Notes: generated by a model from the letters alone, not told the origin. Shown: positions 22,095-35,255, counted from the first letter of the whole stretch. The stretch: DNA of 63,244 bases, filler included, from Rhabdomonas costata (GCA_019059605.1; 41 parts of 41 records of this genome joined end to end with filler, not necessarily neighbours in it), one strand, 5' to 3'. Numbers and translations are program-made.

Positions 22095-25000
22095 GTTTGT
22101 GTATTGTGTATTGGTGTTAATGCTGCCTGCCCTGCTTGCTGAGAGTCGGAGGTAAAGCTGCTCTCGAGTCACGTCTCTGCTGATTAGCCCGTGTTTCTCC
22201 GGACGGAGGCGCAAAAAAATATTGATATTGCCAGTTTCACCTCAATTACTTTGCCCGACTGGGTTTTGATGCCGCGAAAATGGCGGGAAACATCGGAAGA
22301 AGCATTCCCAGTCCGAGTAGCCCACCTTCCCCTCACAACCGCTTCTGGCTGATTGATGGCTTACGCCTGCTGGCGGGAGAAGCGGTATCCGAAGCACACA
22401 GAGACGCACTGCCCCCACACATCGGGCACCACCTGAGGGCGGCAGGCTGCCAGGCGTGGCACACACCGCCGAGGCGGAGCACTAAGGTCGACGCTGGTCG
22501 AGGCCACATCCACCAGAGGTTCCACCCGTCACCCACTTGGCGGCTGTTAAACGAATTGGTTTGTGACTTTAAACACCAAAACCATGCCTCAAAACTGAGA
22601 AGCGCTGCACCGTTCAGCAGCTGTGTGGCGCCTACGTACACGCGGCGACACACAGACGCCGGCAGTCCTTGGGAACAAATGATTTTATGCGGTGCGGGGG
22701 GAGAGGGTCTCAGCGCTATAAATCCCGCTTCAGAGTTTCCCACACAAACATCAACTTCCAGAACTCCGAAAAGCGATGTTCATCAAAATGAATAGGTCCT
22801 TCAGTTGCCTTAAAGCAACCTGTCTGCAAAATGTGGGTTCTCGGAAGCAGGTGTGTCTTTTCTGGTATGAAAACGGCACCCACCCAAATCCCTGAGAAAA
22901 CACCCAAAGGCGCATTTCATGCAGACAATACCCTATAAGTCCGAAATGGCATATTTTGGAAGAAAGAAAACAATTTTCCTCCTGCTCCTGTGCCGAGTGG
23001 AGAAAACCCTCACCTGGGTCTTTCACTTTGTCGCACACCGAATCCCACCTGTGGGGGCAGTGGCTACACCTGTCCAGNNNNNNNNNNNNNNNNNNNNNNN
23101 NNNNNNNNNNNNNNNNNNNNNTTAATTAATTAANNNNNNNNNNNNNNNNNNNNNNNNNNNNNNNNNNNNNNNNNNNNATGAGCGCCTTCTGGTCAGGGGG
23201 TTCGATAAGTTCAAGCAGCTTGCAATGACAATGACAGATGGCTGGAATACTACACACAAGTCATCAACAAGCGATCAACCAGACGGGCAAACGCGCGTCG
23301 GTGGAAAGGGCGACCCTGCTTGTCACCAGCTTCTGGGAGACGAATACCTGAAATCAGCGGGAACTGGTCCGCCGCGGCCTCTTGGACAACATAGAACACT
23401 GGCCATTCCACGATAAGCCCAATGCCCCGCAAACACACCAGCAGGCTCTGGGTCTTGTCCAGCAAATGATACAGCTCACCCCCCTAAAAAAGGAAAGGTT
23501 ATCGTGCTCAGCGTTGCTGTCGTAGAGTGTTATGGCTACCACTGCTGACAATACCGGTTGCGGTACACCCATCCAAGGAGAAGCACCAGTTCAGGGTGGT
23601 TATACTCAGAAGCAGGGAATTCTTGGTTTTTCGGCTGCTGGGTTTTTCGGTCAACCAATCAGAATCTCCGAGTCAGCACCACACGCCAAATAATCTGCAT
23701 GGTGGCATTCCAGATGCAGTACGAAGGCGCGTAGTAACACAAAACCATTCTTTGAAACGGACATAAGTCCCCAAGTCCAAGAAGAAAAGGATGCGAACGA
23801 ACCTGGCAGGGGGCGCTGCGGGTCTGAGAAGACTAGGTTTGGGTCACCAATGGGTCACATGCGTTCCTTTGAGTTTCGGGGTGTAACTATCCTTGGATGA
23901 TAGAATGATCAATTACCTATCAATTACTGATGTGGTCGGATCCCTGCAAGCGGCAGTGACGATGCCAGTGACATTTAAAAAAAGGGCAGGACATGGCAGG
24001 GGGGCTAGCCCCTAACCCAGCTTTGCATGCTGGCACCTCCATCGGCCCTTGCCGGCAGGTTTCCATTGGCCTTAGTCTACAAAGACTCCTCGGTCATTTT
24101 ACACCACAAATCCGCTCCTCTCACCTCCTGGTGGCCCAGAGCCTGGGAGAAAATCCGGTAGGAGCCCCCTTCCAGGAAACTGTCTCTTCTCTGCCGCAGG
24201 TGCAGGGGAGCAGTATCTCGGGGACCTGAAAACAAGGGACGAAAGTCCAATAAAGCCCCGAACCCTCCATTCCAGGATGGTAAACCACAGCCCGTCACAA
24301 CGCATCAGGTACCGCGGAAAAGCAGAAATGGAGTAATAGCCCGTCATAACGGCGAGCTTAACAAATAGGCCTTCTCACACATCAAGAAGGCGGCAGCCGC
24401 CGCGTTCCCCACCACCGCACCCCGATCCTAACCTCTGCATTTCAAAGCCGAATAGTGCTGGGACACAAAACAAGCCGACCCGCTACCCCGCACGCCCAGC
24501 GCAAATGGAGAATGGAGAATTCACATGCGTGAAAATGTTTGCGCTCGCAAGCAGGACCCAAAGAGGTGCTGCCCGAGCTGGTGGGGTTCTGCGGTTCCAC
24601 CACCACCCAAACACACCCACACNNNNNNNNNNNNNNNNNNNNNNNNNNNNNNNNNNNNNNNNNNNNTTAATTAATTAANNNNNNNNNNNNNNNNNNNNNN
24701 NNNNNNNNNNNNNNNNNNNNNNTTTTGGGTGTCATCTAAAGTCCCGCGCTGAGGCTGCAGGCGCAGTGCAAGGTATGAACCGGCAAGAGCTGATGACCTT
24801 TCTGGAAGAAAATCGAACCAGAAGTACAGTGAATCAAAAGAAAAAAGGAAGGTTTTCTTTTCCTTTTATGCCTCAACCATTGAGAGAGATGCAGGGATAA
24901 CTACCCAGTCACTCACCGAAAGGAATTGAATCGACGAGCGGTCATCAGGACTGTCACAAAACAAGGGAGCTGAAGCGGACATAAAGGTAGTCAAATGTGT

Positions 25001-25156
25001 TCCATGACCCGATGTATCCGCAGCTCAGGTCATGACTCCAACCCAGAAACAAAGCAATGGGTGCACAGGTCCATTCTGCTGATACAGCTTGACGGGAGAG
25101 GGGGAGTCCAATTCGCACCGTTCCACTTGGGGGAAAGGAAGAAGGGCAAAGCGAAC

Positions 25157-25330
25157 CTGCAACACAGCTGCCGCTCTGAGCCCATGCCCCGCTCGAGGTG
25201 CAGCTCAGCGTGCCCCCGCCCGTCCACCCAGGGGCGCACCCATACGTGCAGCTCTGCCCGTATGTCGTGCCTGAGGTGCAGCTCAGCGTCTTGGCGTTGG
25301 AGGGAAGACCAGGTGCACCGCAGTTGACCG
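25157..25330 (-). CDS. Sushi/CCP domain exon of a surface protein
   Basis: Phase 1-1 exon VNCGAPGLPSNAKTLSCTSGTTYGQSCTYGCAPGWTGGGTLSCTSSGAWAQSGSCV, in a frame not shown in the ORF track; a further exon is likely at ~24985-25088. Confidence 0.85.
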
Positions 25331-26268
25331 CTGAGCAGAGCAGTCACACGCAACACGCAATTTTCTGGAGAAACTCGATGCGTTGTATGTTTGGAGTACC
25401 TGCAAGGGTCTGGGGAGCAAGAAAGGTCTTGTGCAATCACAGCAGGACTGAAGACTGAACGTAAAGGAAACTAAACCTTAAATCCTTATCCAGAACAAGC
25501 ATCATCACGAAAGGCAAGGACAGATGCTAAAAACATTATCGGGGGAAACAGGATCAAAGCGAGAAACACATAAGTCTCGCTGACCACGCCTGCGGGCAAT
25601 CATTAGAAAGGTGCCTTATCTACGGATGGGGCGTTTGGATTTATCCATAATCGCACTGGAACTTCGCCTGTGCCGAAAACTTTGGATGCGCGCATAAGAC
25701 ACGATAAGCAAGCTCAAATTCTCCAGAAATGATAAGAAGCAACACGGGACCCTATCCAGCTGACCCTTCTATTCTTCGTCAGCTACACTCTCCACTCAGA
25801 CATCTTCGCTGTTCCCCACTGACCCATTCGCAATTCGCAAAGCCTGCCTTCCATAGCACCCCTACTCCTTTTGCTATTGCTCGCACCCTCAACACTCTGG
25901 GATATCGATATCAGTGCGCATCCATGCCCCCCCAAACACCCGAAAAAAAAAAGGCCCTCCGAATAACCAAATTCCGCCATTGCCAGCACAAACCTCATAA
26001 GAGAACCATCTGAAAATTCCCACTCACAACCTCACTACACCTCACGTGACAACAATGCGCTGTACCGCCGATCGCAACGGTGACCTGCTTTTTGGAAAAG
26101 ACCTCTTGCAAAACCAGAGAGATGCGATGCGAGGCAGCGACCCCCCGCTGCCACAGTGCGGCCATCATNNNNNNNNNNNNNNNNNNNNNNNNNNNNNNNN
26201 NNNNNNNNNNNNTTAATTAATTAANNNNNNNNNNNNNNNNNNNNNNNNNNNNNNNNNNNNNNNNNNNN

Positions 26269-27212
26269 TGTTGTTGTCCCTCCTGTAGTGCAGCTGTGGC
26301 TGTAAGGAAGCACAGAGGTAGGGAGAAGCTGAGATGTGTCCGCTGTGCTAAGTGGATCTCTGCCACGATGGGGACGCTCCTGGAGAATTTTTTGATTCCT
26401 CTGCAGAAGTGGTTGCTTTTGGTCTACCTCTGGGCTGTGAGAACCTCGTTTACGTCTGCTGTATCTTTGTCGGGGTGTGCCCCTTCAACCGTGGCAAAGT
26501 TGAGGTTGACGAGGTTGCACAGACATCCCACTTTTGTGAAAACGGATGTCTGGGGTGTTGTCGACAGGGTAAAAAAGCTGGTTGTCCTCAGGGACTCTGT
26601 GGAAGATAGAAGGCGAAATGGGCAGGCATCAGTTGCAGAGGTCCCTTTCGTTTCTCAGTATATCTCCGAAGGAACCACTATTTTCATCGATCGGTTGAAG
26701 GCTTACAGGGCAAATTTGCAGGATATGGGCTTCCAACACCAGTATGTCAAGCATGGTGAAGGTCTTATTTTACCAATTTACCAAGAGAAGAGCCATCCGC
26801 ATGACGCGGTCTGTCTCCTCCATGGGAATGGTGCATACAAATACAATTGATGGTTACTGGGGCTCATTCAAGAACTCCATGAGAGGGATGAAGTCTCTCC
26901 GTCGCAAACACCAACCCTTTTACTTGTCGGAGTTCGCTTGGAGGCACGATGCAAGCATCCTCAACCCCTCGATGAGCCTTTTCGAACAGAGTTTGACTCT
27001 TCTGGGCTTGTACAGTGAGGACAAAACACTTCTGGACAATCTCTCTTCCCTCTCCCTCAATGACATTTAGATCCCAGCGGCTTTTCCTTCTGTGGTGCAC
27101 TTTTGGAGTTGTGCCGGACAATCATTACTTTGGGAGGTGAAGGCAAGTCCGGCTGCTGGAACGTGACGAGGGGGGCCTTAAACGACATACTCTCACAGTA
27201 AAGATCGTTACC
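26269..27212 (+). mobile_element. Merlin (IS1595/ISXO2-type DDE) DNA transposon, frameshifted, 5'-truncated
   Basis: Zn ribbon CPSC...RCVRC, VEVDE, VWGVVDR, GTTIFID..KAY, HQYVKH, VHTNTIDGYW, YLSEFAWR spread over three frames (coding to 27070); the right end at ...GTTACC 27212 is tentative. Confidence 0.9.
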
Positions 27213-27391
27213 ACTGGTAACCTTTGCCAGTAACCGTTATCACTCTCTTCCTCTGATCGCCGATGAGAAACGCTTTCTTGGCACCCCCCCCCCCCAAATG
27301 CCTTACAGCACAGGTGCAGGAACCAGCAAAGGCCGGAGAAGGAAAAGCAAAAGCGCTGACATTTATGCACCTCACCCACAAGCGTACATAC

Positions 27392-27588
27392 CTTGCTTCT
27401 CAAAGGTGTCCAGGACGTTCTGCTGCACCTGGTTCGGGTCCCCCGTCACGAACACCATCTGCGGCAAAAAAAAGAGAGAGAGAGAGAAGAAGAGAGAGGA
27501 TAAATCGCAATTTTCTTCGCATTCTCAGAACCTTCATCTTTCCCTCTGACAGCTGGCAGAGTGGACAGAAGCGGGACACCATCACATT
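27392..27588 (-). CDS. Two small exons of an uncharacterised host gene
   Basis: 27588-27532 (NVMVSRFCPLCQLSEGKMK) and 27458-27392 (MVFVTGDPNQVQQNVLDTFEKQ), GT-AG and in phase. Confidence 0.55.
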
Positions 27589-28095
27589 CTACATGCAGAG
27601 CGAATAGTGCTGCGCAAGGTGCATGACACGCTGCCCTCAAGTTCCCAAGGCCTCTGAATATATACGAGGGGTGAGTGTTTGATTCAACCCTCACTACCCA
27701 ACAACCCACACACANNNNNNNNNNNNNNNNNNNNNNNNNNNNNNNNNNNNNNNNNNNNTTAATTAATTAANNNNNNNNNNNNNNNNNNNNNNNNNNNNNN
27801 NNNNNNNNNNNNNNGGGTTGCTGTTCTCTCTTTCCTTTTTCCCTTTCTTTTTCTAATCCCTAATTCTTTTTTGCACTCGTAAGCACATGTGTGACTGATA
27901 AGAATGATCCACCTGTGTGTGTATGTTTGTGTGTGCGTGCGCGCGCGAATGTGATCCACCTTTCACCCACAAGTGTGTCGTGGACAGAAGTCTGATCTTG
28001 GAGTGCTTGTAGAGGACATTCCCTCTCAGAACGATTCCTCTTGTTGCTTTTTTTTCTGATCCCTTGGTCGCTTCGTCTGCTTCGTCTGTTTTCAG

Positions 28096-28483
28096 GAAGA
28101 AGGAAGAGATGAGCAAGCGGAGCTTCAGCGACCACTACCTGCTGTATACGTGCTATGTGGACTGGAGGGAGGCCGAGGGCCGCGGCGAGGGCGCCGCGTT
28201 CTGCGAGCAGAATTGCCTCTCTGCACCGATCATGCACAAAATCCACGACATGAAGGAGGTGCCCGCCGCACGCGCTGCCTTGTGTTTTCGATCTCTACAG
28301 AGCGTTGCGCGACGGGTGGGGGTTATTTTTCAAGTTTGATTTCGATCCAATTGTGGTAGAGCGGTTTTTTGTGTTGCCAGAGAATGCTGCGTGTGCTGGA
28401 AGACGTCGGGTTTATCTCCGAGGCCGACTCCTGCAACCGCAACGCGGAGCTCTTCGCCGTCTTCAAGGCAATCCTGTTCGCTG
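28096..28483 (+). CDS. DEAH/RHA RNA helicase (DHX36/DHX57-like) C-terminal region; two exons
   Basis: 28096-28258 (SDHYLLYTCYVDW...FCEQNCLS...IHDMKE) plus 28381-28483 (RMLRVLEDVGFI...NRNA...KAILFAG). Confidence 0.85.
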
Positions 28484-29359
28484 GTATCCCCTGTGATGGC
28501 GCTGATGGGGGGGGGGCGTCTGCACTTCTTCGCGAGCTGCCCATGTGATCGTAAGCGTTGCATGCCTCCATCTTTTTTCCCTTTCGGTGCTTTGACGAAC
28601 TGGGTTCGAAGCCTCACCTCAATAAGTGGGTCTCAGTTATTAATCAAAGTATTGTTCCACAGCCGTTGCTCCACAAGCGGTCCATCTGCACATTCGATTT
28701 CCACTCGCATCCTTATTATAACGGGATGCAAGAAGCTCAATTTTAAAGGAGCCGGCTTACGTCGGTCTTTTAGCGAACAGTCCCCTTCCTGGGCTCCGCC
28801 AGTCGCGCAGAGTTATGCTGCACCAAAGCTCTTCCGACAAGATTTACATATTTTCGAGAAAAACGTCCTTCATCGTTCCACGTGCGTGGGGGAGTGGGTC
28901 GGGCATGCTGCGGGCACCCGCAGGGCTGTTTCCCAATGTGATCCGAGTGCTGCCCTCGCAGGCGGCGGGTGGCAGGGCCACTCCCAGCACCCCTTACCAG
29001 ATGCTTTCCTTGGATGGAAAGATGGTTTCCATGCCCCCCATTGCCCCTCTCCTTGTGACTTCTTTGCGTGGCGAAAGGCTTCAAGCCGACGAGTGAGAGG
29101 AAGCACTGGAGTTCGTTTCCCTCGTTACAGCTCCCTCGTTACCACTGGTGCCTGATTGAGTCCCTGGAATGCAGCTTATGATGGGGGGGGGGTCTTCCTG
29201 ATCTTTGCTCACCCCAGCCCCGCCCCCCCGATCAGTGTCCTCGCCTCCGGACCCACACANNNNNNNNNNNNNNNNNNNNNNNNNNNNNNNNNNNNNNNNN
29301 NNNTTAATTAATTAANNNNNNNNNNNNNNNNNNNNNNNNNNNNNNNNNNNNNNNNNNNN

Positions 29360-29408
29360 CTTTGCTGCTGTTGTCAAAAGAAACCTTCACATGACAACAG
29401 CAGCAAAG
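29360..29408. repeat. Perfect inverted repeat (17-bp arms) at a contig start
   Basis: 29360-29376 versus 29392-29408. Confidence 0.85.
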
Positions 29409-29900
29409 CGTGTTATGAACAGTTGGTTCATGTCCCCTGTCCAGGCATACGAACTGTACACACAACCTTTTCCCTCCCATTTCGTATCCTGCTCACATCC
29501 ACCGCCTCAAGACGGGAGCTCTTTTCTGTGTATGCAGAACAATGGAAAGGTGGCTCACTTTTGCTGAACTTGCACCCCCTAACTCGCCGCCTCTCTAGCA
29601 ACCTGTCCCCGAGCTTCGGGATGTCACGTCAAACTCACAGGCCGTGAGGGGAAGAGAATGGGGAGATAAAAATGCAAGAACGGCCAGCGTCAGCTCCCAC
29701 TCCCGTGGCCATATGGCCGAGATGCCCCTCGAGGTCTGAGTTTTCTGTTGGGTCTTTCGGCGGGTGCTGCGGGGGGTGGGGGACAGGCAATGCTGTCTGT
29801 GCATTTCCAGCAGAATACGACGGTCCGACGGTCCGAAATGCACGTCACTGCTGTTCAAACTAACAGCGGATAAAAAACCACGTACAGACATGAGCCAAAC

Positions 29901-30056
29901 CTCAGCTTCCGCTGCGGCGTCAAACCGGGCCAACTGCTCGTCCTTCACATGATGACTCCCATTGCCGCACCGCCATCCCTGGCCCTCGCGGTGCCAGTCC
30001 CCCCCGTGCGTACACTTCGCGATGTGCCGCAGCTTGGCCGCCAGCTTGGCATTTTC
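29901..30056 (-). CDS. Exon encoding a small Cys/His motif domain (KLR...C..G..W.....GWRC..GSH)
   Basis: AG/GT-bounded phase 0 exon ENAKLAAKLRHIAKCTHGGDWHREGQGWRCGNGSHHVKDEQL. Confidence 0.7.
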
Positions 30057-30903
30057 CTGAGATAAAACCAAACAATAGCACGCAGCACACTCTTGCAGTG
30101 ATCAATAAAAAGGCACAAACAACAGCACAACAACAACAGCACACGCGACCCTATTTATTTGGCTCCTGGTTCCGTGTCCTTGCGGGCCCAGAGCGAGCCG
30201 CTGTTGGGGCCATCCAACCATCCAAATCGAAGCAAGCCCAAGCAAGTGAGTTCAGTATACACGTAGCGCTTTGAGTCGTCTCCGCTTCGGCCGATCTGGC
30301 CTATACGGCCGCATCTCCACTTCTATGGTATGCGCACAGTTGAGCGCAGCTGGGGCTAAGCCACAGAAAAAACGGAAACACTCAGTGCAACAACGTAAAG
30401 CTCTCGGTATCAGCACTCTGAGCGGAAACCCAACAGTACAAATGGGGCAGAGACATCTTTTCTTTCTTTTTTTAGATACAAAATTGCCATATCCTTCATC
30501 ACTTATACACTCTTTGGAAAATAATAGCAGACAAGCAAAAAAACCCCAAAGGCCCAAGAGAGGAAAAGGGCCTCTACACTGAACCACGCAAGAGCACATC
30601 CCCCACTGCGGCAAAGATGAGGAGGGAGGAAGCCTGGTGTACGGCTAAGTGCATTTGTGCCCCCCCCCTCCCATGAACCCGCTGCAACCCAAGTATATAT
30701 ACATGTCCACCAAATGAAAGCACCCAGAATCTTCGGCGGATCCGCTGCGCTCCGCAGACATCCTGGAAGGAGTCCTAGGGGACATGCACATCGAACCCCA
30801 CACCNNNNNNNNNNNNNNNNNNNNNNNNNNNNNNNNNNNNNNNNNNNNTTAATTAATTAANNNNNNNNNNNNNNNNNNNNNNNNNNNNNNNNNNNNNNNN
30901 NNN

Positions 30904-32350
30904 NTTGGTGTCATGTCATTGAAACTACATCGTTTTCACTTGCGATGATGGTTGCGTCTGCGCCTGTTGGGATGCAACGTCATAGGTGTGTGTTAAACAC
31001 CTTACATCTGATGATTCAAATCAGAACAATTTCAACCAAACTACAGTCATCTTGAGTTGCAACATTTCCAATGTGGTGGATAATCGACCAAAGTGCGTTT
31101 GCTGTTTTAAAACATCTGTACTCTTACTTGAGATACTGCCATGGCACCTATCAAAAGATTCTGACAGCAGTCCACACGTAGCCGATCCATCTCAAAAGCT
31201 TCTTAGGCCTTTGCTACAGTCTACTCTATCGTTTTAGAGCCACTAAATGATGAAGTGGCACCAATATTTGCAATGTGGAAATAAAGAAACCGAAGCGTTT
31301 GAGGAAATCAAACTCATGAACAGAGTAGTTATTTTCTTCTGGGAGATTTTCCGATACCGGCGAGCAACAAGCTGTATGTCATTATCGTGTTTTTGTGACA
31401 GGTTTTCACCGAAAACACCTTCAGTATGTAGAATGAGCGGCTTGTAAAAATCTGCAACACTTAGTACTATTGTTTGTGAAGTATGAAAAAGAAATGCTAG
31501 CATTGTTGGATTATTTGGAAGCATGGCTTCATTACCTAAGTGGTGCATAAGTGCACGTATATACCGACAATTACGCACTCATGTACATACAAAAACGCCA
31601 CGCCATGCACCCAGAAGAGAAATACTACATTAGTTCTCAATAAAGATCACCAAAATACCTGTGAGACTTAACTCAGCAGCTAATGCGCTGTCTATAAAAC
31701 CCCAACGCCAATCTCCTTTGATGGTCATCTATGCTAGACCATCCAGATGTAGCCCGCAGAAGACTGGATCAACTAATGCAGTGACGACATAGAGTGTAGA
31801 TCCACGTACTTTCATCCTGGCACCCTCGTACTAACGTTTGAAGGAGCATTCAGCTAACGGTTATGACGCGTGTGGGAATACAACCGTATTGTTGTTGAAA
31901 AACTGCGTAGATCATTCAAAAGTATCATAATTTCACTGAATCATGACATTTGGGAATTCGCGGGACAGTTTTCATGATCAAAATTTGTTACATATTCACC
32001 AACATCAAGCGAAGCGAGTATATCAAAACGTGCCACCAGTGTCAACTGAGTAATGCAGAGCAACACCTACTGCGTGGTAAACTGGAAGCTCTAAACGCAA
32101 ATGGCAGTCTTTGTCAATGAAATGGACAAATGTGGACAAGTTCCAACTAAACATAACTATCATAACTGCTACGGACAGTGGAACCAAGTGGTTTATGTGA
32201 TCACAGCCAAAAACCACCACACCACTGAGATGACAGCAGCACAGGTTTTTTTGTGCCGTCTCCAACATGGATCATATTTTCATGCGCACCTATTGGAAGA
32301 CAGTGTGCAAACAACTGTACATCAAAATACTAGCTTCAATACAACCCCAC
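30904..32350 (-). pseudogene. Highly decayed, lower-GC coding-like sequence, possibly a CACTA/Plavaka-type transposase relic
   Basis: Scattered remnants in plausible order (VFGCDH, TCPH, VDLH, LHHL, SFDRCHG) with many stops and frameshifts. Confidence 0.25.
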
Positions 32351-34212
32351 NNNNNNNNNNNNNNNNNNNNNNNNNNNNNNNNNNNNNNNNNNNNTTAATT
32401 AATTAANNNNNNNNNNNNNNNNNNNNNNNNNNNNNNNNNNNNNNNNNNNNTGTGGTTTGGCCACAGGAAATTCAGTTCAAAACTCCCGGAGGGATAATTT
32501 TTCCAACCACAACTAATTGTGGATGAGACTTAACAAGCGGCATGACGGCACCACATGGAATGAAAAGTATCACGCTGTACGTCTGGATTGAAACCAGTCA
32601 TGTCCATGATATCAAGTTGTATCCATATGGCCCATCACATCGCAGGACTTGCAACATGTTCAGGGGCCCGCAGTCTTGAAAAACAGGATCGCTGATGCAG
32701 TGATTGCCCATCGCAAGGACATTCACTCTTTCTTCAAGCGTCACTGCTGAGTAAAAACTACTTCAAAGTGTCGTGAGGCAAGGAAATGTAATTTCAGCTC
32801 AAACGAATTGTCCCTGTTTAGTGCTGAAGCCTTTTCAACGAAGCCTCCAAGTATCACAGTTTCGTAAAACAAGCGGCGTCCGGCTGCAGGGGCAGCTCGT
32901 TGGATTTATTAGCTTCACTTGCACCCCTATCCAGGCGGTTGCGTTACCGCTTTGGTGCACGCGATAGTGGCTACCCCAGTGATGAAAAAATTGTTTTTGG
33001 AAATGGCACTGCCTCATCACCCGAGCTGAGCGCACTGCGCACTGTGCTTCTCAGTTATGGGACGGGGTCATGCCAACGCTGGAGATCCGGAAAGAAATGA
33101 TCAGAAAGGTTAATGTTCAAGATGTAGTACTTCGTGTGTTACGGAAAAGCTCATGTGCTGGATGGACACCACTGTTTTTCCTTGCCGTGTGGTTGTCCGG
33201 CTACAACGCGAATGCACTACAAGGGCCTCACACGCTTGCAATGTTGTTTGTTTTATTACAAGATCAATGATCGTTGTTGAAGAAAATAAGAATCCACCGG
33301 AACATGAGCGACAGAAAAATGTCATGCCTTCGATTTTGTGTTGGACTTTTTGTCAACTTTTCCGCTTACCACTCAAGACTTCCCATCCTGTACCATGCGG
33401 CGGAACCTTCTTACGAGCACACTGATCTGCATTTTGTGGACTACGTCCGTTGCAGTCACGTTCGATCACAAGGTGATGATCATGCAACACTACATTATGT
33501 CTGCCATTTTGTCGAAGAAAGGTACGCATTGGAGCTGCTGTAAACGGGGCGCAACATAAAATGGGAACTGGTCTGGTACTTGTGTTTGCAGAACTTCGTT
33601 GACGAGGTGGGTGCGCTTCTTCCACCTCTCGCGTCTCATGTAGGTAGGCCGTGGATAGTCTTTTACAGTCGACCTGAGAGCGTTCAACAGCTCACCCCGC
33701 AGGACTCCGTGCCAAATACACGCAAAGAATGTAAAAGCAGCGGGGACAACACCAGCATTCTTTCCGATGGCTTGCGCAACTCGATTGATTTGTCAATTGT
33801 TTGCCACGTGCCATACTCCGGCAGCAACTCAGATACTGCGGACCCGACCCGTTTGTCGCAAACTGTTTGGAATTCACTTCCAGCGGATCCAAACANNNNN
33901 NNNNNNNNNNNNNNNNNNNNNNNNNNNNNNNNNNNNNNNTTAATTAATTAANNNNNNNNNNNNNNNNNNNNNNNNNNNNNNNNNNNNNNNNNNNNGGTTT
34001 TGGGGCCCATAAAGGGAGAAGGGGAGGACAACGATGAGCGAGGTGAGAAAGGTGTATTAGGCACGGGGAAAACAGTCCTCCTTGTCCAAAATAGCGACCG
34101 TATACCCGTTGCGTTTTAGCAAGCACTGTGGAAACATGAGAGAAGTTGTGTGTCTGTGTGTGTGTGTGTTCACGTTCACGTGCACAAAATTCTGTGCATG
34201 CACTCAGCGGAC

Positions 34213-35255
34213 CTTTGCGCAGAGGGAGCGGAGCTCGTCCAGCTCACTGGCAGTGGAGTCCTGCAGCGCCCTTGCGGCCCGCTCAGACTGCTTGTGCTGC
34301 GAACCCACCAGCAGTCGCAGCTCCTGGTGCGCCGCGTTCTGGTCACTGAGCTCTTTCCTGGGAGAACGAGAACGCTTGCATAGTGTGTGTTTTTGTGTGT
34401 GCCCGTCAGGCCGAACACCGCGCAACTTTCTGCTGTATTTGCTCTTGAGAACGCATGGGTGCCCATTGGGTACCCATTCATCAGATCACAAACACCAATC
34501 CTATGACACTAAGCAGATATCAGAAAAGTGGAACATGCAGAAGCAGACAAAGACTAGCTTCGCTGTTGTTCTGGGTGATGTGTCGCCTGGAAAAAAGGAA
34601 ACCAGTCTCTCAAAACCAATGCTACCACAGGGACTAGAGCAGAAAACTACAATGCACCCCCACCCGCTTGAGGCACGGTATTCGGGACTGAACTCCAGCT
34701 GGAGATGATTCGGGAGGAGCGCAGATGTACCTCAGCATGGCAATCTGCTGCTCAAAGGTGGCGGTCTTGGCCCGCTCCGTTTCCACCGCTCGGGCCAGTT
34801 CCTGATACTGGGCCGCCGGCACGAACTGGGCCAGCATTTCCCGTTTTACCAGCTCCGCAGCTCCCCTGGCTGCCTGAAATGGCAATGGCAGGGAAGGAGG
34901 GAGCGGAAGAAGGGACAGCATCCTGTCGCCGCAACAGGCTTGACCCATGTAGACCCCTCCAGATCGGTGTCAGCTCCCAGTACACCATTCTTGAGCAAAG
35001 CACACGCTGCCATATGTTTGTCTTGCTCGTTCTAAGGGGGTTAGGTCAGATTTCCACCACAGCCACACACACATTTATTCTCTATACGATTGCGGGTAAT
35101 GGGGAATGCAAGGTCAAAGTTATGCGCACCTCGGCGTCTTCGGCTGCCCTGCCGCAGCTCTGCTCAAGTGCCTGGCACCGCCCCTTCAGCGCGCGCAGCT
35201 CCGCTCTGGCCTCCTCCTCACGCTCATCACCCAAGGACTGGGTGAGCTTCAGCAG
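34213..35255 (-). CDS. Coiled-coil protein; three exons
   Basis: 35255-35130, 34873-34731 and 34357-34213 splice in phase (GT-AG); E/R/A/L/Q-rich heptads. Confidence 0.75.

Noticed and set aside
32451-33895. Possible non-LTR C-terminal zinc knuckle remnant (CSRC...H)
   Set aside because: Too degenerate and dependent on arbitrary frame switches.
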